64,000 nt of DNA, taken from Basidiobolus meristosporus CBS 931.73. Its lineage: Eukaryota > Fungi > Basidiobolomycota. The number at the start of each line of letters is the position of its first letter. The stretch's first letter is position 1. Below the pieces are notes generated by a model. It worked only from the letters and a program-made list of their open reading frames with translations. It had not been told where the DNA came from and did not search any database. Location of the stretch: positions 1 through 64,000 of the forward strand of contig MCFE01000423.1 of assembly GCA_002104905.1 (NCBI GenBank), given 5' to 3'. The position numbers and the translations under genes were made by a program. Shown here in pieces: positions 12,970 through 25,526 of this stretch.

Positions 12970-13379
12970 GTCAGACAAAATATGGTATCTATGAGGAAAA
13001 CTGTGCTTAGGAGTTTTATACTGAAGTGAGGCTCTCTAGTAGTACTTCAGCAACTATCAAACGCTGGCTGGGCCATCATTGCACTTGCATTGTGCAGGAT
13101 TTTTTTCTTTTTCACAACAAAAATTTCCAATGAAATCCAAAGCATCTTACCAGCCTGATCAACTAGGATTGATTAACCATTGTGTGATATTATTGAAGGA
13201 TATATTACCGGTGAATCGATGGAGGGCATGGTGTGCGTGATATTGGATTTATTGGTCTTTACTTCATGGATGTTGAGTATTACAGTAAAAAATCAAGGAG
13301 AATTGCAGTGTGAAATGAACGTGAAAAGCACCTCGGCGTGCTGAACAGATCCCCCTTCTTCATATGCATACTGTCGGAT

Positions 13380-13947
13380 TTACTTGGTTTTGATCATTCT
13401 GAGTTTGTTTGGTGAGAATTTGAAGTTGTCGGCATATACTTTCTTGTTGAACTTGCGAGTTTTGGGCTCTTCGACAACATAGTTCCAACCTTGCTTCTCA
13501 GCGAAGCGGATAGCATCCTCCTTGTTGGGGAATCTCATGCGTAGGGCCTGTACAGGATCAGCACTGCTAGACCAACCCATCAATGGGTTTTCCCACTGGG
13601 AGCCAGTGTTGACAAGCTCGAAATCCAACTTCCAGGAACGGGTTTGTTGAAGACCAGATTGCATGGCGGTTTTGGCGGGCATGTAAATACGAACAGTACG
13701 CTCCTTCATTTCCTCTAAACAAACGAGCTTTCAGTATACGTGGTGAGGTTAGCAGCTAGCAAAACTATCGATGTTTACCAGGAGCTCCGGAAATGATGTC
13801 GGCGTGGATAATTTCGCCGGTCTCAGCGGTGGTGACCACCTCTTTGGAGGTGGAGTAAGTGGCACGAGACATAACTGGACCCATCAATCTGCCAACTGGC
13901 TGAGCGAATAGGCCAATACGAGATTTTACAAGTTGGATAGAAGCCAT
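13380..13947 (-). CDS. NDUFS4: Mitochondrial complex I subunit NDUFS4; two exons
   Basis: Presequence, IISGAP, RTVRIYMPAKTAMQSG, WENPLMGWSSSADP, AIRFAEKQGW. Confidence 0.96.
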
Positions 13948-14206
13948 GTCGTTGTTGAATCAATACAGTCGGGGCAAGTTGGTTAAGGATAAATAGCGAT
14001 ATTTAGATAGGAAGAATATCGCCTGTACAAACTTCAGTCCCCCCTTTCTTCAAATTCCCGTATGTCCACTGGCTTTTTGGGTTGCGAAATTGAGTGGGGT
14101 GGATCATGGTCAACATGGGGTTCATCATGGCATTCCCCACAAAATATGGAAATTGGATTCAGACTGAATGCTGTATGCAACATTTAATCATGATTTTTAT
14201 TCGAGT

Positions 14207-14684
14207 TCACCAAACCTTGCATTCGTTCAACATATCTATCACTTGATCGAAGAGAAACCTATCTTCCGAGGGGTTCTGAAGTGCTAATCCCAAAATAACC
14301 GGCCTCGCTTCGGTAGGCCGCATGCGTGATATGCTGGTGGATATTTGGGAGGCATAGATCTGGTAAATGGGCTCGGTGTTGGCGCCGAGCAGATACTGAG
14401 TGTTGGCAACTGGTTCGGAAGATGTCTCTACCGAGCTGAATTCATTGGAAGGTGGCGAGGCAAGTGTCGTGTGAAGCTAAACAAGCGTTGTGCATTAGCG
14501 GGCTTTCCATTTGCACTCGGGCCAATAGATCAAGCTACTTTACCAAACTCCCAATCTTCCCAAATTGACTAACGATGACCAAGATTCTGTTTGAAAATCC
14601 CAGTGTCAGCATCTCTGTGAATACACCGTTGATGGTCCTAGCTGCTTGCTTGTACTGTATGGGGAATGCGGCTTTCTGGGACAT
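14207..14684 (-). CDS. PSMG3: Proteasome assembly chaperone 3 (PAC3); two exons
   Basis: MSQKAAFPIQYKQAARTINGVFTEMLTLGFSNRILVIVSQFGKIGSL, intron, then ...QYLLGA...IYASQIS...RPVILGLAL...VIDMLNECKVW*. Exon 2 translated by hand. Confidence 0.85.
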
Positions 14685-14935
14685 ATTGTAAAGTGTGGTG
14701 AAAGCTACAAGGCACGTTGGTAGCCAGGAAATCGTAGTACTATTTACACAAAATCGATCGCCATTGATATCAGCAAGTCCGACTAAACTAACCAAAATTT
14801 TACGTCGAAATGGGTTGGTTATGCATTTGGAATATCCGTCAACAACTACAGTCAACAATTATTTGTTTATTAAAAAAGAGAATTCACCTCTAGAAACACA
14901 CACTTACTCAGAGCTATCCTACACAGCACAACCAA

Positions 14936-16314
14936 ATGCCTCATTCTGCTCCGTCCCAATGGGTCTGTCTTGCGAATGCCCCAGGTATATAAGAACATGA
15001 TATCAGCCATAGCTACACATCCTAACGAATGTTATTCCTCACAAAAGACAAATTAGAATGCGACCCAGTCCTGATTCAACTTGAGCATCCAAAGACAGGT
15101 AGTTCTGTTAGCAATGCTCTTGCATGTCACTTGTTAATAACAAAGGAGCTTTAGGAAAGCCAGCTCGTTATCTACTACAGAATGGAAAAGTATGCGAAGT
15201 TCAAAAAATTGATTCCGAAGGAACACATTCTTGGTTCATTGACAACACTGTACAGCAAGGTATTCCACCCAGTTCGTTCAACGTGCGTTTTAGTTTCTAA
15301 CTCTGCGGTCGGGTCAGACGGCTCGTTGTTCTTTTTCACCCCAGTAGATCCGCTTTTTTTACTTATTCCGATCTTGGAGGCTGCACGGGAAGAGGCAAGG
15401 GCGTCATCGTTTATTTGTTGATCTCGAATAGTGGCTGACTTGAATTGTTGTCAGTAGAAGAGCGGCTCTGAAGGTGTGTTTCGGCAGTTAGATGATGTAT
15501 TAGGCGAAACATCCTATAGACACATTGCCGAATTGCCGGGGATCATGGAGCAATTGAAGAATATATGCGACTATAAAGGTAACGGGAACACCGCAAGCTT
15601 CTACTCAAATCCCCGCCATCGAATACTCAGCCCACTTTGGTTGCAGTCATCATAGATACGGTGCAGGTATACCGACTGAACAACGAGAAAGTTCTAGCGT
15701 GGCTGAAACGCAAGGTAAGCTCCAGGCTTCTGCACGACAGCCACGTACCAATTCTGTTTACTCCAGGTCGAAATGATTCTCGATCATTTCAGTAGTCTAC
15801 CGGGTCTGAGCCAACAAATACTCTTCTTAGACTCAGAGACTCTAACTGAAGAACAAAGACAAAGTAGGCTCTACGAGTAGCAGTTTACCCTTCTTTTGCT
15901 TATTCTCTTGATTCTCGGTAGTTCTTAAACGACGAGTCATCGTACAAACCCTAAGCGATTACCTGAATGCAGCCTGGCAAGACAGATTGATGAGCGCCTA
16001 TAAGTAAGGCCGTTGAAACACTGCCATGAGTGACCCTGCACTAACGAGCCTAGCTTTGAGGAGATAGCCAAAATCGAAAATGCCGCTAGCATGAGTGCAG
16101 TGGACTCTCCCGCCGATTACATCAAAAGAGCCACTCCTAAGGAGGTGGTTGAGACCAAGGTAACTTGGTCGCAGTAAATCATGGTGACCCACGCTAACCC
16201 TAACGGTATACTCTCGTGTAGAAACCCAAGCTCACTCAGACCCAGAAAAAGTTGGCCAAGGTGAACACCAAAGGGATGAAAACCATGGACTCCTACTTCA
16301 AGAAAAAGCCCTAA
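14936..16314 (+). CDS. RNASEH2B: Ribonuclease H2 subunit B; multi-exon
   Basis: LEHPKTGKPARYL, SWFIDNTVQQDGSLFFFTPVDPLFLLIP, YRLNNEKVLAWL, C-terminal KKLAKVNTKGMKTMDSYFKKKP*. Confidence 0.92.
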
Positions 16315-16572
16315 GCTACCATTCCTCACCCAAGCTGTAGCCTAGAAAGGTCTACAGCCAACTGCGCCAACATTAGATTCAGGCCTTTCAAAGAGGCGCA
16401 TTAAAAGCAACTAGAGAGTGTGTGCTATCGATTCCTGATAATATGCCTCATCATGATATTGGAAACCCAGTAACCATATTAGGGTTAGTTGAATACGATT
16501 ATTTTGAGTTGTGCTAAATGCCAAGATTGCCGTAGTTATTTAAGAATCGGATCGCCCGTTAACGATTGGTAT

Positions 16573-17258
16573 TTATTTGGCGGAGTTTTGAAATTGGCAC
16601 TTTTTGCAGCGACGCAATTCGGCATCATCGGCGTATTTCTCGATAACGGGTTTCAGCTGGGTCCCAAGATCAGTGCAATGGAAACCTTCTTCGTAAACAA
16701 CCTCTAAGCAATTATCGCAGTACCACCGCAGACGATCTAAATAACACTAAGTAGCTGGCGAAGAACGCTCAAGGGCAAAAATACTGACCAATTTGGTGTG
16801 GCTGTCTTTGGCTTTCAATGACCACCCCAATGGTGTCCGCAAATCGAATGGGGTTGTGCGGGACGTTCGCTACAGTCACAAATCAAACATTAGGTGGGTT
16901 TCAGGTGGTTGTGAGGAGACGTTAGCTACCGGGTAATATGAAAAATTCTCCCTCATGAATGGTGATATCCTCAATCTTCCCCTCCCTCATGACCTTGAGC
17001 AGCATGTCTCCTCTATATTGGTAAAACCACTCCTAACGAAAGAAATGTTCAGCCGCTGGGGTCAGAAAGGCTTTGTGAGTAAGTGGGGAATACCTCGGTT
17101 TCGTTAATGTGAAAGTCGGTCCGCTTGTTTGGCCCGCCAACAGCCATAACAATGAAATTACCCTTGTGGACCAGGTAGTTGTTGACAGGAGGCTGGAGCT
17201 TGTCCTTGTGCTCCTCAATCCAGGCACGAAAGTTAATGGGTGGCAGTATGGAAGGCAT
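16573..17258 (-). CDS. BNA1: 3-hydroxyanthranilate 3,4-dioxygenase; multi-exon
   Basis: [11 protein letters not shown]...[50 protein letters not shown]...[10 protein letters not shown]...RRCKKC (rubredoxin-like Cys pairs). Confidence 0.96.
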
Positions 17259-17533
17259 GGCTCTCTAAGGTACGCTTTGGAGCCCACCAGCCCTTTATTA
17301 ACCGACCATGTGTGCTGTGCTCATGATTGATTCAGGAGATAATATCGACCACAATCTTATCAGATATCATTCCGGAACCAGCGCTTGATCACTCTACCCT
17401 CGAAACCATCCACCATTTCAGCCCACCTTTTTTTCCTTTTTTTTTCTTGGAACTCATTTTGACTCCAGATGAATTTAATGAAGGCGAATTTTCGCTCGGT
17501 TCGAATCCCCTGCTTCCCCAGTCCACCTTCGAC

Positions 17534-17983
17534 ATGAAACACAACCACAACAATCCCAACAAAAACCTGCTGAAGCTTCGTCGCCAACGCAAGCAGCACC
17601 ACAAATCCAACCTTCGCGGGGTAGGAAAGTCGGACGGGGCCATCATTCGTAGCGCCATCCCCTCGAAGAAGAAGATCAAGCACCTCCAGAAGGCCATCAA
17701 ATTTGTAAGTCCCACCCGTACCTTTATGTGTAGAGAAAGTCCATGGACTTACCTTGACCCCGTGTCTTTCAGGAGCAAGCCCGTCTGGTTGAGAAAGGCT
17801 TGGCCGTAGCTGAGGAGGAGATGAATGGTACTTGGATGTTTGACTCGCAACACGATCCTCCGTGACGAAGCTAATCATGTTTCCCCTTTAGATGTTGAAG
17901 AGCCAGTTGTTGACGAGAAGCAAGAGCTCGTTGAGGCCAGCAAGAGTGGACCTGGAACCACCTTGGGCGCCCCCAGCCAGTAA
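17534..17983 (+). CDS. Small basic protein of unknown function; three exons
   Basis: MKHNHNNPNKNLLKLRRQRKQHHK...SKKKIKHLQKAIKF / EQARLVEKGLAVAEEEMN / DVEEP...GPGTTLGAPSQ*. GTAAGT and GTACTT introns join into one open frame. Confidence 0.65.
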
Positions 17984-18187
17984 TCCCGCCGCCACCCCAT
18001 GCTGGACCCAACTCACTCCCACTTCTGTAATCTATGTTAGCCTCTTTACTTCAGACTCGTGACACGAGCGACCGCTGCTTAATCCCAACGAACAAATAAA
18101 TAGAATTCATGATGGATGTATTTTTACTAGATGTGGGTGGCATACATTATATTACGGTTTATACATACGGCTCACAGGGACGGCTGC

Positions 18188-18862
18188 CTAGTAAACGTTC
18201 CCGCCACCCAGCAGAAGGACGATGAGGTGGGTTAGTCCCAAGGTGTACACGAAATCTCGAGAGAGCGATGGTGCGGCGCCGATCGGGGAGGCGATCGGCT
18301 GAGTGGTGGGGAAAATGGCCGTGGGCATGCCAGTGGCAGGCTTCGGTGGGTTAGGGGAAACTGGGGCTTGGGTGGGCACAGTCGACCGTGAAGGCCCGGG
18401 ATCGTTGTAAGTTAGGTTGACGGTGGTCGCCCCAACCAAATAATAGGTGCCATTGTAGTTTCCGCCGAGGTAAATGTCCATCATGGGCTGCTGGAGCGTA
18501 GAGGTGCAGGCTGGACATGGCCCTACGGTTGTGATCAATGAGCCATTCACCGTCGTCACTGCCTGGGGAGAAAAAGGAGTGTACGGGCCGCCGTCGCATG
18601 GGGCATAGCCGAAATATAGGCCTTTCAATCCAGGGACATCAAGGAATCCGTTGGCGTAGGTGGCACAATCGGGGTCGCTGCCGAAGTCCCAGGAAATAGT
18701 GAAGGGTTGGGCATGGGGAAGGGAGGTCCCAGTGGCCGGCTTCATACATCGGCTTAGGTCGGAATTGAACCCAGGGAGGAACTGCGCCGAAGCTTTGCAT
18801 GCGGCCTGGACATTGGTAGCGAGGCAAAGTCCAAGAAGGAGAGTTGATACGCTTTTCAACAT
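18188..18862 (-). CDS. Secreted, probably GPI-anchored surface protein; intronless
   Basis: Signal peptide MLKSVSTLLLGLCLATNVQA, a domain with six Cys, a Pro/Thr-rich stalk, and a hydrophobic C-terminal tail (FVYTLGLTHLIVLLLGG). Confidence 0.8.
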   Translation of the reverse strand: MLKSVSTLLLGLCLATNVQAACKASAQFLPGFNSDLSRCMKPATGTSLPHAQPFTISWDFGSDPDCATYANGFLDVPGLKGLYFGYAPCDGGPYTPFSPQAVTTVNGSLITTVGPCPACTSTLQQPMMDIYLGGNYNGTYYLVGATTVNLTYNDPGPSRSTVPTQAPVSPNPPKPATGMPTAIFPTTQPIASPIGAAPSLSRDFVYTLGLTHLIVLLLGGGNVY

Positions 18863-21339
18863 GGACGAGACAGAATGAAACCACGGGCGAGTGAATGGGG
18901 GCGAAATGGCTTTATACACATAGGATCAGCAAGCTTGCTTCCTGGCTCCGTCCGAGTCTATTGGTTGAGCACTGGCTCAAGCCTGTTCTTTTACAATGCC
19001 AACCAGCAGCATACAGGTTACGGTTCATTCGACCATTGGATTGGGTGATGAATTACTTTCCATCTTGCACCTTGCACCTTGCACCTTGCACCATGTACCT
19101 CAGCCAAGCTGATCCAACTTGGTTTCATGAAGGATCAAATGACTTCCCTTCCCTCTTGTTACATGGCTCAGGGGCCAACATGGATTATGGAATTTAATGG
19201 CCTAATTCCCAGCTCGGATTCCGCTAAGCACCATTCGTGCGGATTCCACCAACCACCAGTTGTCTACGTATGGCTAATATGACACCGCATGAGCCGAGGT
19301 TTGGATGCTGATGAAATTTAAGCTATGGGCGGCGCTCACCCCCAATTCATTCCTTCGTTTTGGCCGCACACGACGCATATCTCCCGTTTTGGATGACTCG
19401 GTCGAGATCTGTGCGGTGTTGTTTCTGTCGCACCGCATCATTAGCAAACAAGCTGCCACGTCCCGGGGCGTGGGGGTAAGTGTCGCCCTTTCAATCCCGC
19501 TGCTGAAAGCACCTTCACTCAAGACGAAGCACCCAGTTCTCTCCGTCAGCTTCTCTTGGGGATGACGGCGGAGTCGGAGGATGGGGTTGTGGAATAGGAA
19601 GTATCGGGGCCATCAACGTGGCTTTCTCCGTAGTGCAGCTGCCGTTTGGCTCCCAGCAAGCGATGCTTGGATCTTCCCGAACTGAGTATCCCCCGTCCCT
19701 TACCTTGCTCGAATTCCCTTGGTGAGTTGGAGGGAGCGATGTCCCCGGCTTCTCCTCACCTGCTCGGGTAGAGATACACCAGGTGAGACTTGGTGGCTCC
19801 TTTAGAATATCCAATCACTATAGCTCCACTAGCCAGTTTGTTCAGGAGTGGTGGGAGGACGACAGGTGAGCTCATCTTCCGCAGCTCATGGTTCCATGCC
19901 ACACCCCTACTCTCCTGATATAAAGTGTATAAATGCCGAGCGTTGGTGACTGCTGTAAAGGCACTTGTGGGGTGACCACATTCGGCCGGTCGCATCCATA
20001 CCTTTCGTTTTCTTAAGCCCTGGCCCGCATGGTTACCTGGTGGATTGTTGAACACTCCATACCAGGCCATTCCAAGTATACGAGACACGTGGAGCTGGAA
20101 ACCTGTCCCACTCACGGTCGTTCAATAAATCGGATGCAACCAATCCCTCCGCATTCGGCCATTCCCTCTCGCCTCCAAAAGATCCTTCACCAAGCCACCA
20201 GCGTCCACACCTTGACAGCCTCCTGTACCCGATACCACTCCCACCGGTGGTGACCAGAGGGTTCGCATCGGCGTGGATCCATCTCATCACCCCTAGAACC
20301 GTACGTGCTGGTAATGGGACGTGTTTGTACAGGACTACCCAAGAATGCCCGGTTCCATGCGTCACGTCTACAGTTAGTTCCTGGTTCAGCGTTCGGCATT
20401 CCAGGATTCTCGGATGAGGCTACCAGCATTGCTTGCATGGATGATTGATAGGCTGTTGATCCCCTATCCCGAAGTCGATGCCAAGGTGCAGAATGCCCGG
20501 GAAGATCGCATCGAAGAAAGAGCAATCTAGGCCCGGAACAGGTCGGTCCCACCATCAGCTCATGCTGATGGTAGCATCGGTGCGTAACCAAGATGCCTTC
20601 ACACCCTTTCGTTCACCAATGACGTCGTCACGTTTGGAAGTGCTTGGTTCGTGTGGCGGAGAATTCGTTCAACTGGGTTAGTGCAATATTCCATTGTTCT
20701 CGTTTTCCGCGTGTTCATGCCAAGGGGAATTTGATCAACAGGGGGATGGTTTGGTGGAGGCATCCTTTAGGATCAAGTAACGCCAATCATAACAGCTACT
20801 CACCACTCCAAGCTATTGGTGTTACCAATAACATGTTGAGATGGTTCTCATGGATAATGCATTGCAGCGTAGCCTACCATACTACAGTGTATCCACCTAC
20901 CTACCCTAAGCTGACATCAACTTTGTGTCAAGGCTATGTGTTGGTTGAAAATTCTCTAATATTGGAAATCATCAAGAAGTTCAAGCATATATGAAGAAGA
21001 CCCTGACCTTTGCAAACACTCTCTTTGGATGAGCATTCCCATCCCCATTCTTATTGCAATACTCTCACAAAAGTGTACACACTCTACTTCCATGTGTCAA
21101 GGCTCCTCCAGCCATGTTCTGGTCATTCTTCATGATTCCTTAGCAGTTGTTCCTGGTTGGGGTTTACTTGATACATTTTCACTAAAATTCTGGGTACCCA
21201 CAAAATGAAAGCCTGCAGAGTGGCTCAAATGCCTACAACTGCACATAAATCTATAGAATATGACAAATCTTGTGTTACTGAATATTCACAAAATATCATG
21301 TAGCAGAACATGAGAATAGATAAATGTCAAACAGCAAGC

Positions 21340-22174
21340 TTGAACACATGCTCTGGACTCTAAGCTATTTATATGTTGCTATGCAAAGACATGTAAAGTA
21401 TAAATATACTTTTACATTCAATAAATCATTAAGCAAAACCACATAATCTACTTGTCCTCCCAATCACTTCCAATATCTCCAAGACACTTACAACAGGTTA
21501 TGAGCCCTGATCTGTCACTCTCTGCAATGCCTACTACTGCTACCACTGAAATTTTTCCCTCTGCTGAAAAGTTGGACAGATCTAACTACCAAGTGTGGAA
21601 AGTGAAGATGAAGATGCTGCTACAAGAAAGAGGCCTTTGGGATATTGTCATTGGTGAAGAATGCCCTCCTAAACACATGGGAGAGGAAGCCTTAAAGTAC
21701 CAGGAGAAAGAACAAAGTGCCTTTAATTGCATTTGCCTTAATGTTAAAGACAATCTGCTAATTCAATGCTCAAGAGCAAAAACAGCAAAGAATGCCTGGA
21801 AGGCATTAGAAGACACCTACCAGTCATGTTCAGCTGCTAAGAAAATGTATCTGAGACAGATATTCTTTACTACAAAGATGCAGCTAGAAGAAGAAATGAA
21901 AAATCTAATCAACAGAATTACCCTGTTAGTTGATAAGATGGAATCTCTCTGCACACCAACTACTGATGAAGATGTGATAGTTACATTCCTAAATACCCTG
22001 ACAGTTGGGTTTCATGGCCATGTTTTGGCCCTTGAGTCTGGAACTGAAGATCTGACCTCAAATTACATATACAGAAGGCTCCTGGATGAAGAATTAAGAA
22101 AATCAAGAACCAATCAAAAGGAAGAAGAAAATGCTTTAATGGCCAATGGACAGCCAACGAAGGTGGTGCTCTAG
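21340..22174 (+). mobile_element. Ty1/Copia 5' fragment: LTR 3' part, PBS and gag
   Basis: LTR ends ...caaca at 21495; PBS GGTTATGAGCCC at 21496-21507; gag from ATG 21527 (EKLDRSNYQVWKVKMKMLLQERGLWDIV...AKNAWKALEDTY; Retrotran_gag_2-like). LTR start not resolved. Confidence 0.85.
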
Positions 22175-24282
22175 ACCCCTTAAAGGCAACAACCACTTGT
22201 TTTGAAGCTACTGAAAAAGGAGAGGATAAACATTGGTCCTGAATATGGAAAAGCTGTACAACTGAAGATAGACTATTCATTTCTGCACTAAAATTGACCA
22301 CAAATAAGGATATTCAGGTAGGATATATTGACTCTGGAGCATCTTAACACTTTACACACCAACAAGAACTTCTTTTCTAACCTTGATAAAAGCTGCACTG
22401 GTACATCTGTTTTTGCCTGCTTGTCCCTTAGCAGCACTCTTCTGGCTACCTGACATTTCTTTGCTGCTTGTTTGGAGCTTTCAGCCCTGCTTGTGAAAGC
22501 TCTTGTGGAAGCCACTGGACTTTAGCCATGACACCCTTGTTCTTCTGTGTTTGAGAGTTTCTGCCACTCTTGAGATACTTTCTGAGCATACCAATGCTGG
22601 CCCAAAATCCTTTTGCTTGCTTGAATCTAGGGTAATGCACATGAAACAGATCAAGTGCATTCTCCCTGGCCTTGGGCTCCTGATGCTCCTATGGTATGCC
22701 TACCTTGAGGCAGTGCTGTGTTAGACTGCCTACAACCTCTGGAATATTAGTTCACTCTTTATTATTGATCCCAAGGGCATTACAAATCTTCAATGTCTTG
22801 TGATTTTTAGGCTTGGGTATAAAGATCCTAATTTCTCCCTCCCATACTGTGATAGATTTTTTTATGGACTTTATTCTGTGGCACTATTGTTGTGCTTTGA
22901 AGACTTTACAGTGCTCCTCAACTGTCAGATTGCAGAAAGTGCTCAATTCTTGGCTGTGACATTGAGCTACTTGAGTTCCTCCTTTGCAGCAAAGATACTT
23001 CATTTGCTACCTGGGATATTGATTGCTTCACACATATCATCTGCTCATCCTGTCTTGGGACTATTCCTAGATTTCTTTGTGCCATTGCATCTATCCTATT
23101 ACCCTCTGCACCTAATTTCCTCATTAATGCTTTGGTATGAGCCAACAATATCCTTGCTAATACTGGTAGTGGAGATGTTATAGTGGTCATTTGCTGGTCT
23201 TCCACTGGAGGTACTGCATTTGCTACATACTCATCTGGCTGAGCATTATTATCAACTTGCAGCTCCACAGCAATTATCAGTTACCTAGTTGACTGAGAGC
23301 CTGAGGAGTCCACATTGTTACCTTCAGTGGACACACTGTCAGCATGGCCTTTTATGGATGTAGCCCTGCTTGTTGCATGGAATGTCCAAACAAGCTGTTG
23401 TCCAGCTATTTTTTGGCTGTAATACATGGTGGGGTTTGGTTGTGAACCTGACAACTTTACTTCATCTTTTGACAGCATACATATGAAAGTGAGTCAGACT
23501 AAATGGGAAATAGTATTACCTGAATGTGTTTATGTGGTGCCACAGCATTATTGATAATGCTTATTATGGCGGATTATCACTGAATCTTACATTCATGCAG
23601 GTGCAATATCTCAAATACAAGACTGTTCTAAAATCACATGAGAATTGACATAAAATGTGTTAAAGCAGTGCTTCATTGTTGAGTGAGGAGCTGTTTGGCA
23701 TATGGACAAGACAACTTTGATTCAATGCCATTAGTGAAGTAAGAAATGACCATAAGGCAGTTGTAATAAGCCTCTGAGCCATGAAGCATGCTGACAGCAT
23801 AGGATGCATCACAAGGATCATAGCCAGCATTTTGCCACACAAGCCATATTTGAGCATCCATCAGTTATTATTGAACCGACAATATCTTGCTGGCCACTTG
23901 ATACTTCTATAACAGCTCCTAGCCATACTTGTGACCTTATGCAAACAGAGTCAGGTGAGTTTGTGATGCCTATTGGCCCACCTCAGCCTTCTGATTGTGA
24001 CCTGCAGAGTGATAGCACTGAAGAAGAAGGCTTACTGATGAATTGTGAGCCTATCCCCCCTCACTACAGTACCATTCATGAGCTTAGCAAAATTCCAATA
24101 GACTTGTTCCGTTGGATAGTGCCACATAGTGCCAGCCTGCTTATAGTGCCGGATCAATCTGGCACTCTACGGCACCATCTGGCACTATAATTTCTACCAT
24201 GATGCCAGTGGTATGATACAGTTACTGGTAATTTTACTCAATCTTACTTATGTTGCTCAGAATAGTGCTTTCCTTGCTTTAT

Positions 24283-25167
24283 TTACTCTTCATAATGCTC
24301 CAGACACATTTCTCTCAGTGGATGTCTTCTTGTATGAACATACTGTGCATTAATAAGTATCTTAACTATTTTACCTATCCTGCTGTTTTCACCTATATAT
24401 GACTTTCCTCTGTATTTACCTGCCAATATGCTGAATCTCTTCAGATATCCAAATGTGTGCTCTACCCTCACTCTGAAATGATTAAATATCTCATTGTAGA
24501 GCTTCTGCTTCCTGCTAAGCACACCATTCCTTGGCTTCCTATAAGCTGTAATACATCCTAATCTCTGACAATCCTCTCCTATATAGGCTAAGTCTGCCAT
24601 ACATTTCTCCCCTCTACTGAATTCAGGATGATTCTCTACCCAGAGTGCTTTGTCATGCCTACTTCCAGCAAATGGCCCACTAAACCAGATGATGTTGCCC
24701 TCAATGTCAGACAGTGCTTGAAACTTCACACAGTGTGCCTTGTACTTGCCAGAATAAAAGTGCCTCTGCCCTCTAGAAGGTCTGTTAATCCTCACTGGGA
24801 AGGTATCCAAAATACTCCTGATATGGAACCTGTTGCTGAACACTCTGGGATATGGAAGTCTATTGGAGCTTCTGAACCTAGTATTCCAAGCTTGCTCTAA
24901 GTCATTCATACCCTCTGCAAGGTGGTTCTCCATTGCTGTCAGCTGGGAATGAAAGCTTCTAGGACTTTTGTTGCCATGGATGGTGGGATGAAACCTTGTA
25001 GGGCATTAGTTCTTGTAATAGCAGAGAAGCTTAACAAGGGATCTCCTTGAGTAGATTGGGGTTGATGGTCCACAGTACTTGGTATAGATCTCCTCCAGTG
25101 TGTCAAAAGGAAATCCAGTGGTAGTGATGGGATTGATGAGAAAAGACCATTCAGATGAGTAAGTCAT
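24283..25167 (-). pseudogene. DDE_Tnp_4-type transposase, copy 1, with a nonsense mutation
   Basis: Same frame as the copy 2 transposase, but TAT->TAA at 25006-25008. The downstream 216 aa are identical to copy 2. Confidence 0.92.
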
Positions 25168-25526
25168 ATTAAAATTGATGGATGATTGTATAAAGGCGGT
25201 TTGAATTGATTCGGCGCAATCCGCCTTATTTATCTGATTTTTAACACATTATGGTTAAATCTCCATCAATTGCCACATATCCCATCATTATGTCGCAAAA
25301 ATCATCCGCAAACAATGCCTTGGTACTTTTATTGATGCTTTAATCATAGGTCTATAATCAAATAGGAAATCTGCGATTGATGTGATCTGATCCGTGTCAA
25401 CGCGATCCAAGATGCATCATGCATAATATATGGAAAATTCAACAATCACATTAGTTTTCATATATATTTCATATAAGACCAGGTTGATGCCAATATACTG
25501 CTGTATAAGTATCCAAATCCGTTGCT

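Noticed and set aside
1-18862. A functional gene cluster (biosynthetic or defence) among the host genes
   Set aside because: The products belong to unrelated housekeeping pathways (Pol III, complex I, proteasome assembly, RNase H2, NAD synthesis); no shared pathway logic.
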